Source: Clostridia bacterium (lineage in GTDB: Bacteria; Bacillota; Clostridia; UBA1381). Taken from it: DNA of 59,320 nucleotides. The notes beneath the pieces are model-generated. The model had not been told where the DNA came from. It did not search any database and saw only the letters and a program-made list of their open reading frames with translations. How positions within the stretch are numbered: position 1 is the stretch's first letter; the number at the start of each line of letters is the position of its first letter. A program made the translations under genes and the position numbers. Below are positions 28,549 through 38,871 of the stretch, in pieces. The stretch lies in NCBI GenBank assembly GCA_045606465.1, contig JAZURZ010000056.1:1-59320 (forward strand). Reading direction: 5' to 3'.

Positions 28549-29156
28549 GGGCAATTTTGTTTGCGGGAGGAAATCTTCCGAGTCGAGGAAAGATAGAAGA
28601 ATATGTAAATGACAAGGATTTTATAATATGTGCCGATTCGGGCTATGACCACGCAAAAAAGGTGGGAGTAAATCCTGATATCATAATAGGCGACATGGAT
28701 TCAGTTAAAAGCACCGATATAGACATAAATAAAATAGTATATCCAAAAAGAAAAGACTATACTGACAGTGAGCTTATAATGGAATATGCATTGGAAAAAG
28801 GCTATGATGAGCTTATCATGTTTGGTTTTATCGGAACAAGAATGGACCATACCATAACAAATATTTCCCTGCTTTTAAAATATTCTGAGCTTGACGCTGT
28901 GATAGTAGATGAAAATAATGAAATCAGAGCTGCAGGAAAAACCAATATAATTAAAGGGAAGAGGGGAGATATTATCTCTATAATTCCTATTGGGGGGGAT
29001 TTGGTTGGCATAAGCACAAAAAATCTTGAATATCCTCTTGAAAATGAAACCCTTTATTTTGGAGAGGGCAGAGGAGTAAGTAATGTTATGGAAAAAGAAA
29101 TCTGTGAAATTGAAATCAAATCAGGCAGAGGTCTTTTAATAAAAAGTAAGGATTAG
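28545..29156 (+). CDS. thiN: thiamine diphosphokinase
   Basis: ADSG and GDMDS motifs plus a C-terminal thiamin-binding domain. ATGA overlap with rsgA (the ORF opens at 28500). Confidence 0.88.
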   Translation: MRAILFAGGNLPSRGKIEEYVNDKDFIICADSGYDHAKKVGVNPDIIIGDMDSVKSTDIDINKIVYPKRKDYTDSELIMEYALEKGYDELIMFGFIGTRMDHTITNISLLLKYSELDAVIVDENNEIRAAGKTNIIKGKRGDIISIIPIGGDLVGISTKNLEYPLENETLYFGEGRGVSNVMEKEICEIEIKSGRGLLIKSKD

Positions 29157-29166
29157 GGGAAAAATA

Positions 29167-30297
29167 ATGATATATCTTGATAATGCCTCAACCACAAAGC
29201 CATCCGAGGCGGCAAAAAATGCATTTTTAGAGGCGTGCGATAATTTTGCAAATCCATCAAGCCTTCATGCATTAGGACTAAAAGCAGAAAAAATTGTTTC
29301 CTCAGCCAAAGAGGAAATTGCAAAAAAACTTGAGGTGGGGACAGAAAATATATATTTTACATCGGGTGGAACCGAGGCAAATAACATGGCTATATTGGGA
29401 TATTGCCATGCAAATCATAAAATGGCAAGGCACATAATCACAACCAAAGTAGAGCATCCGTCGGTTATGTCACCCTTTCAAAAGCTCGAAGAAGAGGGCT
29501 TTTTGGTGGATTTTGTGGGGGTGGATTCTGATGGAAGAATAAACATGGAAGAATTTTCGGATGCACTTTGCGGGGACACTCTTTTTGTGAGCGTAATGGC
29601 GGCAAACAATGAAACGGGAACAATTATGCCAATCCCTGAAATTAAAAAAATAATGAAACAAAAAGCTCCCAAAGCCATTCTTCATGTTGATGCGGTTCAG
29701 GGCTTTGGAAAAATCCAATTAAAGCCCATGCTGTGGGGTGCAGATATGATGTCTGTAAGTGCCCACAAAATTCATGGCATAAAGGGAACAGGCGCACTTT
29801 ATTCCAATACTGCAAGGCTAAAGCCTCTTTTGTTCGGTGGAGGTCAGCAGAAGGATTTGCGCTCGGGAACTGAAAATGTGCCAGGAATAGCTGCCTTTGG
29901 CGCAGCCGCCGCCTTGGTTGATACTGACAATTCGAAAATTCTAAAAACACGAATGGCAATTAAAAAAGCACTGGAAGAAAGAATAGAAAATATCACATTT
30001 AATGGCTCGGACGAGTATCAGACAGGATATGTTTTAAATGTGTCCTTCATAGGAATTAAAGCAGAAATTCTTCTCCATATGCTTGAGGCTAAGGGGATAT
30101 ATGTGTCAACAGGTTCGGCGTGTTCGTCAAATAAGCCTATGCCAAGCCATGTGCTTAACGCTATGGGGAAGACTGCGGAAGAAATTAATGGCGCAATAAG
30201 AATAAGCTTTGATAAGCCCCTTGATGATAACAAAATAAAAATAATAGCAGATGAAATTTCTGCAGGAGTAAAAGAAATAAGAAAATATATAAGATAA
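29167..30297 (+). CDS. cysteine desulfurase (NifS/IscS class V aminotransferase)
   Basis: MIYLDNASTTKP, SVSAHKIHGIKG (PLP lysine) and STGSACSS (catalytic Cys loop). Confidence 0.9.
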   Translation: MIYLDNASTTKPSEAAKNAFLEACDNFANPSSLHALGLKAEKIVSSAKEEIAKKLEVGTENIYFTSGGTEANNMAILGYCHANHKMARHIITTKVEHPSVMSPFQKLEEEGFLVDFVGVDSDGRINMEEFSDALCGDTLFVSVMAANNETGTIMPIPEIKKIMKQKAPKAILHVDAVQGFGKIQLKPMLWGADMMSVSAHKIHGIKGTGALYSNTARLKPLLFGGGQQKDLRSGTENVPGIAAFGAAAALVDTDNSKILKTRMAIKKALEERIENITFNGSDEYQTGYVLNVSFIGIKAEILLHMLEAKGIYVSTGSACSSNKPMPSHVLNAMGKTAEEINGAIRISFDKPLDDNKIKIIADEISAGVKEIRKYIR

Positions 30298-30355
30298 ATA
30301 AAAAGCAATTCCAATACGGAATTTGAAATAACTAAAGATTGGAAAGGGAATAAAG

Positions 30356-31237
30356 ATGTCAGATATTTTGGTAAGAGGTTCCTCGACAGATGGAGCAATA
30401 AGGGTTTTTGTGGCAATAACAACTGATATTGCAAATGAAGCACAAAGGATACACAACACATATCCTACTGCAACTGCCGCTTTGGGAAGAACCCTGACAG
30501 CGGCGGCTATTATGGGAGCGGGGTTAAAAAGCGAAGACGATAACATAACAATTCAGTTTAGAGGAAATGGTCCGCTTGGCAGAATGATTGCAGTAACCAA
30601 TGAAAAAAGCGAGGTAAGGGGATATGTCGAAAATCCTTTTGTGGATTTACCTTTAAACAAAAATGGAAAGCTCGATGTAGGTAAGGCAGTCGGTAAGGGA
30701 CAGCTCAATATTGTGAGAGATTTAGGATTAAAAGAACCATATATAGGACAGGTTCCCATTGTGACAGGCGAAATTGCAGAGGATATTACCTACTACTATG
30801 CCGCAAGTGAGCAGATACCAACGGCAATAGGACTTGGTGTTTTAGTAGATACTGATAACAGCGTAATTAATTCAGGTGGCTTTATGCTTCAGCTTATGCC
30901 AGAGGCAGATGAAGAAACTGCTATAAAATTGGAAGAAAAAATGAAAAATCTTCCCTCGGTGACAAATATGCTCTCAGATGGAATGAGTGCAGAGGATATA
31001 TTGTTTTATATAACCGAAGGCTTTGATATGATTATGGAAAACAAGGGAGTAACACCAAAATATCATTGCCCATGCAGCGTAGAACGTATGGAAAAGGCGC
31101 TTATATCTATAGGCAAAGAAGAGCTTGAAAGCCTTATACAAGAACAAGGTGAGGCAGAGCTTTCCTGCCAATTCTGCGACAATAAATATAAATTTACCCA
31201 AAAAGAGCTTTTAGAGCTTTTAGAATCGGCAAAATAA
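30356..31237 (+). CDS. hslO: redox-regulated chaperone Hsp33
   Basis: 293 aa with C-terminal Zn switch CPCS...CQFC. Confidence 0.93.
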   Translation: MSDILVRGSSTDGAIRVFVAITTDIANEAQRIHNTYPTATAALGRTLTAAAIMGAGLKSEDDNITIQFRGNGPLGRMIAVTNEKSEVRGYVENPFVDLPLNKNGKLDVGKAVGKGQLNIVRDLGLKEPYIGQVPIVTGEIAEDITYYYAASEQIPTAIGLGVLVDTDNSVINSGGFMLQLMPEADEETAIKLEEKMKNLPSVTNMLSDGMSAEDILFYITEGFDMIMENKGVTPKYHCPCSVERMEKALISIGKEELESLIQEQGEAELSCQFCDNKYKFTQKELLELLESAK

Positions 31238-31250
31238 CAAGGAGAAAAAC

Positions 31251-31511
31251 ATGGAAAAATTCACTTACACACCAAGAGGAGTGTGCTCAGCTAAAATTGA
31301 ATTTGAAATAGATGACGGTATTGTAAAAAATGTAAATTTCACTCGTGGATGCAATGGAAATACTCAAGGTATTTCAAAGCTTGTTGAGGGTATGAGTGCA
31401 AAAGAGGTTATAAAAAGGCTTAAGGGAACAAACTGCGGAGGAAGAGGCACTTCGTGTCCCGACCAGCTTGCCCGCGCATTAGAGGAAGCACTAAAAACTA
31501 AAAATCAGTAA
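31251..31511 (+). CDS. small TSCPD-domain protein (TIGR03905-like)
   Basis: 86 aa with RGCNGNTQG ... GTSCPDQLA. Confidence 0.75.
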   Translation: MEKFTYTPRGVCSAKIEFEIDDGIVKNVNFTRGCNGNTQGISKLVEGMSAKEVIKRLKGTNCGGRGTSCPDQLARALEEALKTKNQ

Positions 31512-31599
31512 TATTTTCCGATTTTCAATCATATAATGATATTATGGACATTTATAATTTGTATGCTTTACTATTAGAAAAATATCAGGAGTGATTGGA

Positions 31600-32085
31600 A
31601 TGAAAAAAATAATTTTAACCTGTATGATAATTGTTGTTTCCTTGCTTGTAGTGAGCGGATACAGGGACAAAGAGCAAATGAAGCTTGAGCTTTATTTTGT
31701 AGATAGCTCTATGCAAAGACTCATAGCGTCGGATTTTTATGCCGAGGCAAGGGACTCTGCCGATGCGGCAAGGATTGTGATAGACGAGCTTTTAAAAGGC
31801 AGAGATTCCAATGACAAAATTGTCAGGATAATGCCTGATGTAAAAAACGGATTGACAGTAAGGGTGAAAAATCAAACAGCTTTTGTGAATATAAGCCGCG
31901 AATTTCAGCGAAAGCACTCCGCTATGCGCCATCACGAGGTGCTGACAATTTATCAGATAGTAAATTCCCTTGCATCAATAGATGGAATTGTGAATGTGAA
32001 ATTTACAATAGATAATAAAGAGGAAAAGGACTTTAAAGGCTTTTGCGATATGAGAGAAACCTTTATTCCTGATTATTATATATAA
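31600..32085 (+). CDS. GerMN-domain (germination protein M-like) membrane-anchored protein
   Basis: N-terminal hydrophobic anchor, then LELYFVDSSMQRL...AARIVIDELLKG...IVNVKFTIDN, typical of GerMN. The ORF opens at GTG 31591. Confidence 0.65.
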   Translation: MKKIILTCMIIVVSLLVVSGYRDKEQMKLELYFVDSSMQRLIASDFYAEARDSADAARIVIDELLKGRDSNDKIVRIMPDVKNGLTVRVKNQTAFVNISREFQRKHSAMRHHEVLTIYQIVNSLASIDGIVNVKFTIDNKEEKDFKGFCDMRETFIPDYYI

Positions 32086-32104
32086 AAATTTTGAGGTAGA
32101 AAAA

Positions 32105-33154
32105 ATGGCTATTACAAAAGAAATTTTCGGAACGTTGGAAAATGGAGAAAAAGTATATCTTTACAAACTTGACAATGGCAAAAATTTAAGTGCTGAAATT
32201 TTGTCATATGGCGGAATTGTGAAAAATCTTTATGTGAATAAGAATGGACAACAGATAGATGTTGTTCATGGCAGGGACACTCTTTTGCAATATCTTGATA
32301 ACAAGGGTTGCTTTGGTGCGGCAATAGGACGTCATGCAAATCGCATAAAAAATGCAGAATTTGAAATTAATGGAAAAACCTACAAGCTTGCCAAAAACAA
32401 TGGCGAAAATTCCATTCATGGCGGAGTTGTGGGTTTTGGGAAAAAGAATTGGGAAAGCGAGGCGGCAGGAACTTATGATGAGCCTGCTGTGGTAATGAGT
32501 CTTTTTTCTCCTGATGGAGATGAGGGATTTCCTGGAAATTTAAATGTGAAAATGACCTATACCCTTACAAAGGAGAATGCCTTAAAAATTCATTACGAGG
32601 CAATTTCGGATGAGGAAACAGTGGTAAATCTTACAAACCACAGCTATTTTAATTTAAATGGTCACGATTCGGGCTCAATTTATGAGCATACCCTTTGGAT
32701 AGATTCTGATTTTTACACACCAAATACATCGGAGTGCCTTCCCTGTGGCGAAATCCGCTCGGTAGAGGGAACGCCATTTGATTTTAGAAAACAAAAAAAA
32801 ATAAAAGATTTAATTTTTTCTGATTTTGAACAAATAAAAATGTTTGGGGGCTATGACCATAATTTTGTGTTAAATAAAAGAGGATATAAAAAATTTGCAA
32901 CCCTTAAAGGGGATAAGAGCGAAATTGTTATGGAAATTTATACCAATAAGCCAGGAGTGCAGATATATAGTGCAAATTCCATACATGAAGAAACAATTTG
33001 CAAAAATGGTGTGCAATACAAAAAGCACAGCGGAATTTGCTTAGAAACACAATTTTTTCCGAATAGTACAGCTTGTGCACATTTTCCCGACGTGTTCTTG
33101 AAAAAGGGCGAAAAATATGACTATACAACAGAATATAGATTTGTAGAAGAATAA
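32105..33154 (+). CDS. galM: aldose 1-epimerase (galactose mutarotase)
   Basis: 349 aa with motifs GR.ANRI, NSIHGG, FPGNL, NLTNHSYFNL and CLETQ.FPN. Confidence 0.9.
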   Translation: MAITKEIFGTLENGEKVYLYKLDNGKNLSAEILSYGGIVKNLYVNKNGQQIDVVHGRDTLLQYLDNKGCFGAAIGRHANRIKNAEFEINGKTYKLAKNNGENSIHGGVVGFGKKNWESEAAGTYDEPAVVMSLFSPDGDEGFPGNLNVKMTYTLTKENALKIHYEAISDEETVVNLTNHSYFNLNGHDSGSIYEHTLWIDSDFYTPNTSECLPCGEIRSVEGTPFDFRKQKKIKDLIFSDFEQIKMFGGYDHNFVLNKRGYKKFATLKGDKSEIVMEIYTNKPGVQIYSANSIHEETICKNGVQYKKHSGICLETQFFPNSTACAHFPDVFLKKGEKYDYTTEYRFVEE

Positions 33155-33170
33155 TAGGATATATAAAAAA

Positions 33171-33219
33171 GTCAATGAGGAAGCGAGGGGGAAAACCTCC
33201 AACCACATTGACTTTTTTA
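33171..33219. terminator. terminator between convergent galM and acpS
   Basis: GTCAATG ... CATTGAC stem enclosing a GAGG/CCTC inner stem, followed by TTTTTTAGTTTTTTT. Confidence 0.65.
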
Positions 33220-33564
33220 GTTTTTTTCAATTACAACATATGCAATGGCATATTCGCCGCAATGAGAAAGGGAAACAAAGGTGTTTGAGTTTTCTAAAAA
33301 AGCAAGCTTATATGCCTTTATATATGGCTTGCCAAGTGAGTCGTGCAAAAGCTCAATATCCTTAAGAGAAAATCCTCTTATGCCTGTGCCGAGTGCTTTT
33401 GAGTATGCTTCCTTTGCAGCATATGCGGCAGCGGCAGACTGTGGCTTGTCGGAAATATATTCTATTTCTGCCGATGTAAAAAAGCGATTAAGAAAATCTG
33501 TTTCATTCATAAGCTTTTTAATTCTGGATATTTCTATAATATCAGTGCCTATTCCTAAAATCAT
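33217..33564 (-). CDS. acpS: holo-[acyl-carrier-protein] synthase
   Basis: 115 aa with MILGIGTDIIEI, FT..E and SLSHCGEYA. Confidence 0.93.
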   Translation of the reverse strand: MILGIGTDIIEISRIKKLMNETDFLNRFFTSAEIEYISDKPQSAAAAYAAKEAYSKALGTGIRGFSLKDIELLHDSLGKPYIKAYKLAFLENSNTFVSLSHCGEYAIAYVVIEKN

Positions 33565-34070
33565 AGCATCACCTTTTGGGGAGAAGATTTTTTGAGTAAC
33601 TCACGCATTTTGTCGTTGGGAGAAAAAATAATTCTTATAGACTCGGTTTTTCCTTCAGGAACAAAATCCACAAAGATGCGACCCTCAGCATATGGATTTC
33701 CTGAAAAATCGTAAATTTTGATTATGTTATTTTTGTTATTAAATTGAGAATCCGAAACAGGCAAGCATCTTTCAATTTTATGAAAGTCAATAGAAAAAAG
33801 ATGCTTTCTGCGTGATTTTCCCATTATTTTATCAATGTCCAGATATTGATTTGTAAGCTCGTATTCATATTCGATATTAAGATTTTGTAAAAGCCGCCAT
33901 GCTCCTAAAATTACACCTGTAATAATTATAGATGCAATTATTGAAAGTGCTTTTAAAAAGGTAAAGGCAAAAAAAGAAATTGAAACTGCTGCAAAAATTA
34001 TTAATGTAGCCAAAATGTAATCTGTTGGTGTCTTTCTTTTTACAACCAAATGTTCAGCATGAAAATCCAT
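33561..34070 (-). CDS. hypothetical two-TM membrane protein
   Basis: 169-aa ORF with two hydrophobic segments near the N-terminus. It overlaps the acpS start by 4 nt. Family not recognised. Confidence 0.6.
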   Translation of the reverse strand: MDFHAEHLVVKRKTPTDYILATLIIFAAVSISFFAFTFLKALSIIASIIITGVILGAWRLLQNLNIEYEYELTNQYLDIDKIMGKSRRKHLFSIDFHKIERCLPVSDSQFNNKNNIIKIYDFSGNPYAEGRIFVDFVPEGKTESIRIIFSPNDKMRELLKKSSPQKVML

Positions 34071-34148
34071 AATTTTTCCTCCAAAGTTACTTAAATATAG
34101 TAAGAAATTGTAATTTTAGTATGTAAAATTTAAAATATTTTATTAAAG

Positions 34149-34736
34149 TCAAATTTTTCGATTTTTTAAAATATCATATAAAGCCATTAGTCCTCTTGCA
34201 CGATGGCTTATTTGGTTTTTTTCTTCCAAGCTTGCCTCTCCAAAGGTTTTAGAAAGCTCGTCTGACATAAATATCGGGTCGTAGCCAAAACCTCCATTCC
34301 CTGATGGTGCATGGGTAATGCTTCCCAAAACCTCGCCATGGGTCACAATTTCTTCACCATCAGGAAGAATAAACGCAATGGATGAAATAAACTTTGCACT
34401 GCGGTCAGAAAAAGCTTCAAGCTCAGACAAAAGCTTTTTAATACGCTCTTGGTCAGTTGCATCCTCGCCTGCATATCTTGCAGAATAAACTCCGGGAGCT
34501 CCGCTAAGCGCATCAACACAAAGTCCCGAATCATCTGCAATTACAGCATAATCGCAAAGCTCTGCAATTGCCCTTGCTTTAATAAGTGCATTTTCTGCAA
34601 AGGTCTTTCCATTTTCTTCGGGTTCTATATCAATTCCGATATCAGCCTGAGAAAGAACTTCAAATCCGAGAGGAGAAAGAATTTTTTCAAATTCTCTGAT
34701 TTTTCCTATGTTATGAGTTGCTGCGATTACCTTCAT
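34149..34736 (-). CDS. rdgB: dITP/XTP pyrophosphatase (RdgB/HAM1 family)
   Basis: ATHN.GKI.E, ADDSGL.VDAL.G.PG..SAR and GFGYDPIF motifs. Confidence 0.93.
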   Translation of the reverse strand: MKVIAATHNIGKIREFEKILSPLGFEVLSQADIGIDIEPEENGKTFAENALIKARAIAELCDYAVIADDSGLCVDALSGAPGVYSARYAGEDATDQERIKKLLSELEAFSDRSAKFISSIAFILPDGEEIVTHGEVLGSITHAPSGNGGFGYDPIFMSDELSKTFGEASLEEKNQISHRARGLMALYDILKNRKI

Positions 34737-34775
34737 TTTTTAATTCCTTTCTTAAGATAAAGCTTTAGATAAATA

Positions 34776-34807
34776 AGTAATTGCGAAACGTTTGTTTCGC
34801 AATTACT
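34776..34807 (-). terminator. 14-bp hairpin downstream of the SPFH gene
   Basis: AGTAATTGCGAAAC, GTTT loop, GTTTCGCAATTACT. The T-tract on the minus strand is weak. Confidence 0.5.
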
Positions 34808-34821
34808 CTATAAAATAAAAA

Positions 34822-35703
34822 TTATTTGTCGGTCATTATTTCCTTTATGGAAGATGCAAGCCCTGCAATCCCCTGAATTTGTGAAGGTATAATAATTTTT
34901 GTTGCCTTTCCGTCGGCAGCCTTTTCAAAGCTTTCCAAAGCCTTGATTGAAATATATGCGTCCGAAGGATTTGCATCATTTATTTTTCTTATACCCTCTG
35001 CAATAGCAGTCTGAACTGCCAAAATTGCTTCTGCCTCACCCTCTGCCTCTTTTATGGCAGCTTGCTTTTGAGCCTCTGCACGAAGAATTGCAGATTCCTT
35101 TTCACCCTCGGCGATAAGAATTGCTGATTTTTTGTTTCCCTCTGCAATTAAAATTGCCTCTCTTCTTTCACGCTCTGCCTTCATCTGCTTTTCCATAGCA
35201 TCCTGAATTTCACGTGGCGGTAAAATATTTTTCAATTCCACACGATTGATTTTGATGCCCCATGGGTCGGTCGCCTCATCTAATATGGTACGCATTTTTG
35301 TGTTGACAGTATCACGTGAGGTAAGGGTTTCGTCAAGTTCTAAGTCACCAATGATATTTCTTAGCGTTGTAGCTGTGAGATTTTCAATAGCCATCATGGG
35401 ACGCTCAACTCCATATGTGTAGGACTTGGGGTCGGTTATCTGATAATAAACAACTGTATCAATCTGCATGGTAACATTGTCTTTAGTTATAACAGGCTGG
35501 GGAGGAAAATCCACAACGTGTTCTTTAAGACTTACCCTTCTTGCAACTCTGTCAATAAAAGGAACTTTAAAATGAACTCCCACACCCCATGTGGCAAAAT
35601 ATCCGCCAAGACGTTCCACAATATATGCATTCGCCTGGGGAACTATTTTTATGCAGGATATCAAAAGCAGTAAGACAAGAATAAAAACAATTAAAATTTC
35701 CAT
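34822..35703 (-). CDS. SPFH/band-7 (stomatin-like) membrane protein
   Basis: N-terminal TM segment, PHB domain (IVPQANAYIVERLG...), and an Ala/Glu-rich coiled-coil tail. It is paired with NfeD. Confidence 0.9.
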   Translation of the reverse strand: MEILIVFILVLLLLISCIKIVPQANAYIVERLGGYFATWGVGVHFKVPFIDRVARRVSLKEHVVDFPPQPVITKDNVTMQIDTVVYYQITDPKSYTYGVERPMMAIENLTATTLRNIIGDLELDETLTSRDTVNTKMRTILDEATDPWGIKINRVELKNILPPREIQDAMEKQMKAERERREAILIAEGNKKSAILIAEGEKESAILRAEAQKQAAIKEAEGEAEAILAVQTAIAEGIRKINDANPSDAYISIKALESFEKAADGKATKIIIPSQIQGIAGLASSIKEIMTDK

Positions 35704-35772
35704 AAAAATTTCTCCTTTTTAATTAATAATCAGGTAATTGTAAATTTTAAAAAGTTTTGCAATTACTTAAAA

Positions 35773-36195
35773 TTAATAACGCTTTACAATAAGTTTTACA
35801 CCTTCAACCTTTTCAACAATTACCTTTTCGCCCACATCAATTATGTCATCATCTGAGCTTCTTGCAGCCCATGAAATGCCACTAAATTTTATTTGACCGC
35901 TTTGGGAAAGATTATCTATTTTCTCGGTTACGGTAGTCACTCTTCCTATGTGAGCTTCAACGTTAGTTTTCTCAGGATTCCTATTTATTATTTTCGTAAC
36001 AAAAGGTTTTGTAAGAATTAAAAGAAGGGCTGAAATTGCAATGAATAAGATCCATTGCAGGGTAAGACTTGCGCCTGCACAGGCTGCAATAAATGCCGAA
36101 AGCGCACCGCCTGCAAACCATATGGAAACAAGCTGGGTTGTAAAAAGTTCAATCACAACAAAAGCAATTAATGCTATAAGCCATGCATATACCAT
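35773..36195 (-). CDS. NfeD-family membrane protein
   Basis: Three TM segments plus a C-terminal OB-like domain (GRVTTV...G.IKFSGISWAARS). ATG 36195 is preferred over the ORF start at 36252. Confidence 0.85.
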   Translation of the reverse strand: MVYAWLIALIAFVVIELFTTQLVSIWFAGGALSAFIAACAGASLTLQWILFIAISALLLILTKPFVTKIINRNPEKTNVEAHIGRVTTVTEKIDNLSQSGQIKFSGISWAARSSDDDIIDVGEKVIVEKVEGVKLIVKRY

Positions 36196-36398
36196 AATAT
36201 TCACCAAACCTTTCTGCTGGCTTTTTTTAAAAAAACCCTGCCGATTAATCATGGCAAGAAGGGGAATATAAAAATTTATTACCCTAATATAATTATAGCA
36301 TTTTTTATTTTAAAAGTCAAGAAATTTAACGTTTTGGCAATGCCTTTGATGTAAATTGAATAAAAATGTGAAAAAAATAAAAAAATGTAAAAAAACAC

Positions 36399-36427
36399 TT
36401 GACTTATGGGAGGATAGATGCTATAAT
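36399..36427 (+). promoter_or_regulatory. sigma-A promoter for rpmG-secE-nusG
   Basis: TTGACT, a 17-nt spacer, then TATAAT. Confidence 0.65.
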
Positions 36428-36526
36428 ATCAAGAGAAGAGAAGTGACTTCTTTTTTTTGTGTTTAAAAAAAGTCATTTCGTAAAAGCTAATTGCCTAAAT
36501 AAGGCAGGTACGGAGGTGTAATATCC

Positions 36527-36676
36527 ATGAGAGTAAAAATCACATTGGCTTGTTCAGAGTGTAAGCAAAGAAACTATAACACAATGAAAAACAAAAAGAA
36601 CGATCCTGACAGATTGGAAATGAATAAGTATTGCAGATTTTGCAAAAAGCATACCCTTCATAAGGAAACAAAATAA
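36527..36676 (+). CDS. rpmG: 50S ribosomal protein L33
   Basis: Not in the ORF track (49 aa). Sequence: [58 protein letters not shown] upstream. Canonical position before secE. Confidence 0.93.
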   Translation: MRVKITLACSECKQRNYNTMKNKKNDPDRLEMNKYCRFCKKHTLHKETK

Positions 36677-36707
36677 TAACCACTGTTTGGAAAAAGGAGT
36701 GTAGGAA

Positions 36708-36935
36708 ATGGCAGATACAACAAATAATGTTCCGGCTAAGTCAAAAAAGACAAGCCTGGTAAAATTTTTCCGCGAAACAAAAGCGGAGCTTAAAAAGGTT
36801 TCATGGCCTTCAAGACAGCAGCTTGTGAGAAACACAATGATAATTATAGGATTTATTGCAATTGCTACTATCTTCCTGTCAGTTCTTGACGTTGCATTTT
36901 CGTGGTTATTTTCATTAATCACTAAGCAATTCTAA
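36708..36935 (+). CDS. secE: preprotein translocase subunit SecE
   Basis: 75 aa with ..FFRETKAELKKVSWPSRQQL then a single TM segment. Confidence 0.92.
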   Translation: MADTTNNVPAKSKKTSLVKFFRETKAELKKVSWPSRQQLVRNTMIIIGFIAIATIFLSVLDVAFSWLFSLITKQF

Positions 36936-36955
36936 TTGAAAAGAGGAGTGATTTG

Positions 36956-37480
36956 ATGGCTGAGGAAGCAAAGTGGTATGTTGTGCATACCTATTCCGGT
37001 TATGAAAACAAAGTAAAGGCCAATCTTGAAAAATCAGTCGAAAACCGCGGAATAAGCAATCTTATCCAAAGCGTGGAGGTTCCACTTGAGGATGTGGTTG
37101 AGGAAAAAGACGGAGAGGAAAAAATTGTAAAACGCAAAATTTTCCCCGGCTATGTTGTCATAAAAATGATAATGAACGACGAAAGCTGGTTTGTTGTGCG
37201 TAACACAAGAGGTGTTACCGGCTTCGTAGGCCCCGGCTCAAAGCCTGTTGCTTTAAGTGATGCTGAAGTGGAAAGCATGGGAGTGGAAAAGGTTCGTGCG
37301 GCAGATATGAAGGTATCTGTGGGCGATTCTGTAAGAATAAAATCCGGTCCCCTCGAAGGCTTTGCAGGCAGCGTAGAAATGATTGATTCAGAACGAAGAA
37401 AGGTTATCGTCCGTGTTTCAATGTTCGGACGTGAAACCCCCGTTGAGGCCGATTATAAGGATTTGGAGCTTCAGAACTAA
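36956..37480 (+). CDS. nusG: transcription termination/antitermination factor NusG
   Basis: KWYVVHTYSGYENKV, FPGYV and a KOW motif (GD.V.I..GP..GF.G.V). Confidence 0.96.
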   Translation: MAEEAKWYVVHTYSGYENKVKANLEKSVENRGISNLIQSVEVPLEDVVEEKDGEEKIVKRKIFPGYVVIKMIMNDESWFVVRNTRGVTGFVGPGSKPVALSDAEVESMGVEKVRAADMKVSVGDSVRIKSGPLEGFAGSVEMIDSERRKVIVRVSMFGRETPVEADYKDLELQN

Positions 37481-37634
37481 AACTCTGAATTCACAATTTT
37501 TAACATCGTTATAAATTCTCTTTAATTAAAAGAATTTATATATCCCTCTGGTGACAGTGGGAGGACTCAAATTGTCCGCTAATTACCACATTTATGCAGC
37601 TTTTTGCTGTAGATTTTAAGGAGGTGGCCATATA

Positions 37635-38060
37635 ATGGCACAAAAAATTGCAGGTTATATCAAACTACAAATTCCCGCAGGTAAAGCGACTCCGGCACCC
37701 CCTGTTGGTCCCGCTTTGGGTCAGCACGGTGTTAACATCGTTCAGTTTACCAAGGAATTTAACGAGAAAACAGCTAAGGATGCAGGTCTTATAATCCCTG
37801 TAGTAATTACAGTTTATGCAGACCGTTCATTCTCCTTTATCACCAAAACTCCGCCCGCTGCGGTATTGTTGAAAAAGGCTTGTAAAATTGAAAGCGGTTC
37901 AGGTGTTCCTAACAAGACAAAGGTTGCTAAAATCAGCAAGGCTGACTTGCAGGCTATTGCAGAGCAGAAAATGCCTGACTTGAACGCTGCAAGCGTTGAA
38001 GCCGCTATGAGCATGATTGCAGGTACTGCAAGAAGTATGGGTATCGTAGTAGAGGACTGA
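37635..38060 (+). CDS. rplK: 50S ribosomal protein L11
   Basis: 141 aa with [27 protein letters not shown]. Confidence 0.98.
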   Translation: MAQKIAGYIKLQIPAGKATPAPPVGPALGQHGVNIVQFTKEFNEKTAKDAGLIIPVVITVYADRSFSFITKTPPAAVLLKKACKIESGSGVPNKTKVAKISKADLQAIAEQKMPDLNAASVEAAMSMIAGTARSMGIVVED

Positions 38061-38125
38061 TAAGATTTATTTTAGTGGGAGAGGGTCATGTATGCTCTTG
38101 ATTGACCACATAAGGAGGAAAAAAT

Positions 38126-38821
38126 ATGTTCAGAGGTAAAAAATATCAGGACAGCGTTAAGCTGATTGATAAGTCTAAGCAGTATGAAGTTGCTGAAGCT
38201 TTGGATTTGGCAATAAAGACAGCTAAGGCTAAGTTTGATGAAACTGTAGAAGTTCATGTGAAATTGGGCGTTGACTCAAGACACGCTGACCAGCAGGTAA
38301 GAGGAGCTATTGTTCTTCCTCATGGCACAGGAAAAACTGCTAAGGTTTTGGTTTTCGCTAAGGGAGATAAGGCTGAAGAGGCAGTAGCTGCAGGTGCTGA
38401 CTATGTTGGCGAAATGGAACTTGTTACAAAAATACAAGGCGAAAACTGGTTTGATTTTGACGTGGTTGTTGCAACTCCTGACATGATGGGTGTTGTAGGT
38501 CGTCTTGGTAAGGTCTTAGGTCCTAAGGGATTGATGCCTTCACCAAAGGCAGGAACTGTTACAATGGATGTAGCAAAAGCTGTTAAGGAAATCAAAGCAG
38601 GTAAAATTGAGTACAGACTCGATAAAACAAATATTATACATTGCCCAATAGGCAAGGTGTCATTCGGAAAAGAAAAATTGGCAGAAAACTTTAACGCTCT
38701 TATGGGCGCTATTATCAAGGCAAAGCCATCAGCTGCCAAGGGTCAATATTTAAGAAGCGTTGTTGTTTCTTCAACAATGGGCCCTGGAATTAAATTGAAT
38801 GGCGCAAAAATTTCAGGTTAA
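38126..38821 (+). CDS. rplA: 50S ribosomal protein L1
   Basis: 231 aa with [23 protein letters not shown] and GPRGLMPSPK-like [14 protein letters not shown]. Confidence 0.98.
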   Translation: MFRGKKYQDSVKLIDKSKQYEVAEALDLAIKTAKAKFDETVEVHVKLGVDSRHADQQVRGAIVLPHGTGKTAKVLVFAKGDKAEEAVAAGADYVGEMELVTKIQGENWFDFDVVVATPDMMGVVGRLGKVLGPKGLMPSPKAGTVTMDVAKAVKEIKAGKIEYRLDKTNIIHCPIGKVSFGKEKLAENFNALMGAIIKAKPSAAKGQYLRSVVVSSTMGPGIKLNGAKISG

Positions 38822-38836
38822 TTTTTAAATTAACTA

Positions 38837-38865
38837 TTGACAATGTTTGTTGTGTGTGGTATAAT
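38837..38865 (+). promoter_or_regulatory. sigma-A promoter for rplJ-rplL
   Basis: Perfect TTGACA, a 17-nt spacer, then TATAAT. Confidence 0.75.
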
Positions 38866-38871
38866 TACATG

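Noticed and set aside
30018-30546. 147-aa and 139-aa minus-strand ORFs
   Set aside because: They are antisense to the 3' end of the cysteine desulfurase gene and the 5' end of hslO. There is no supporting signal.
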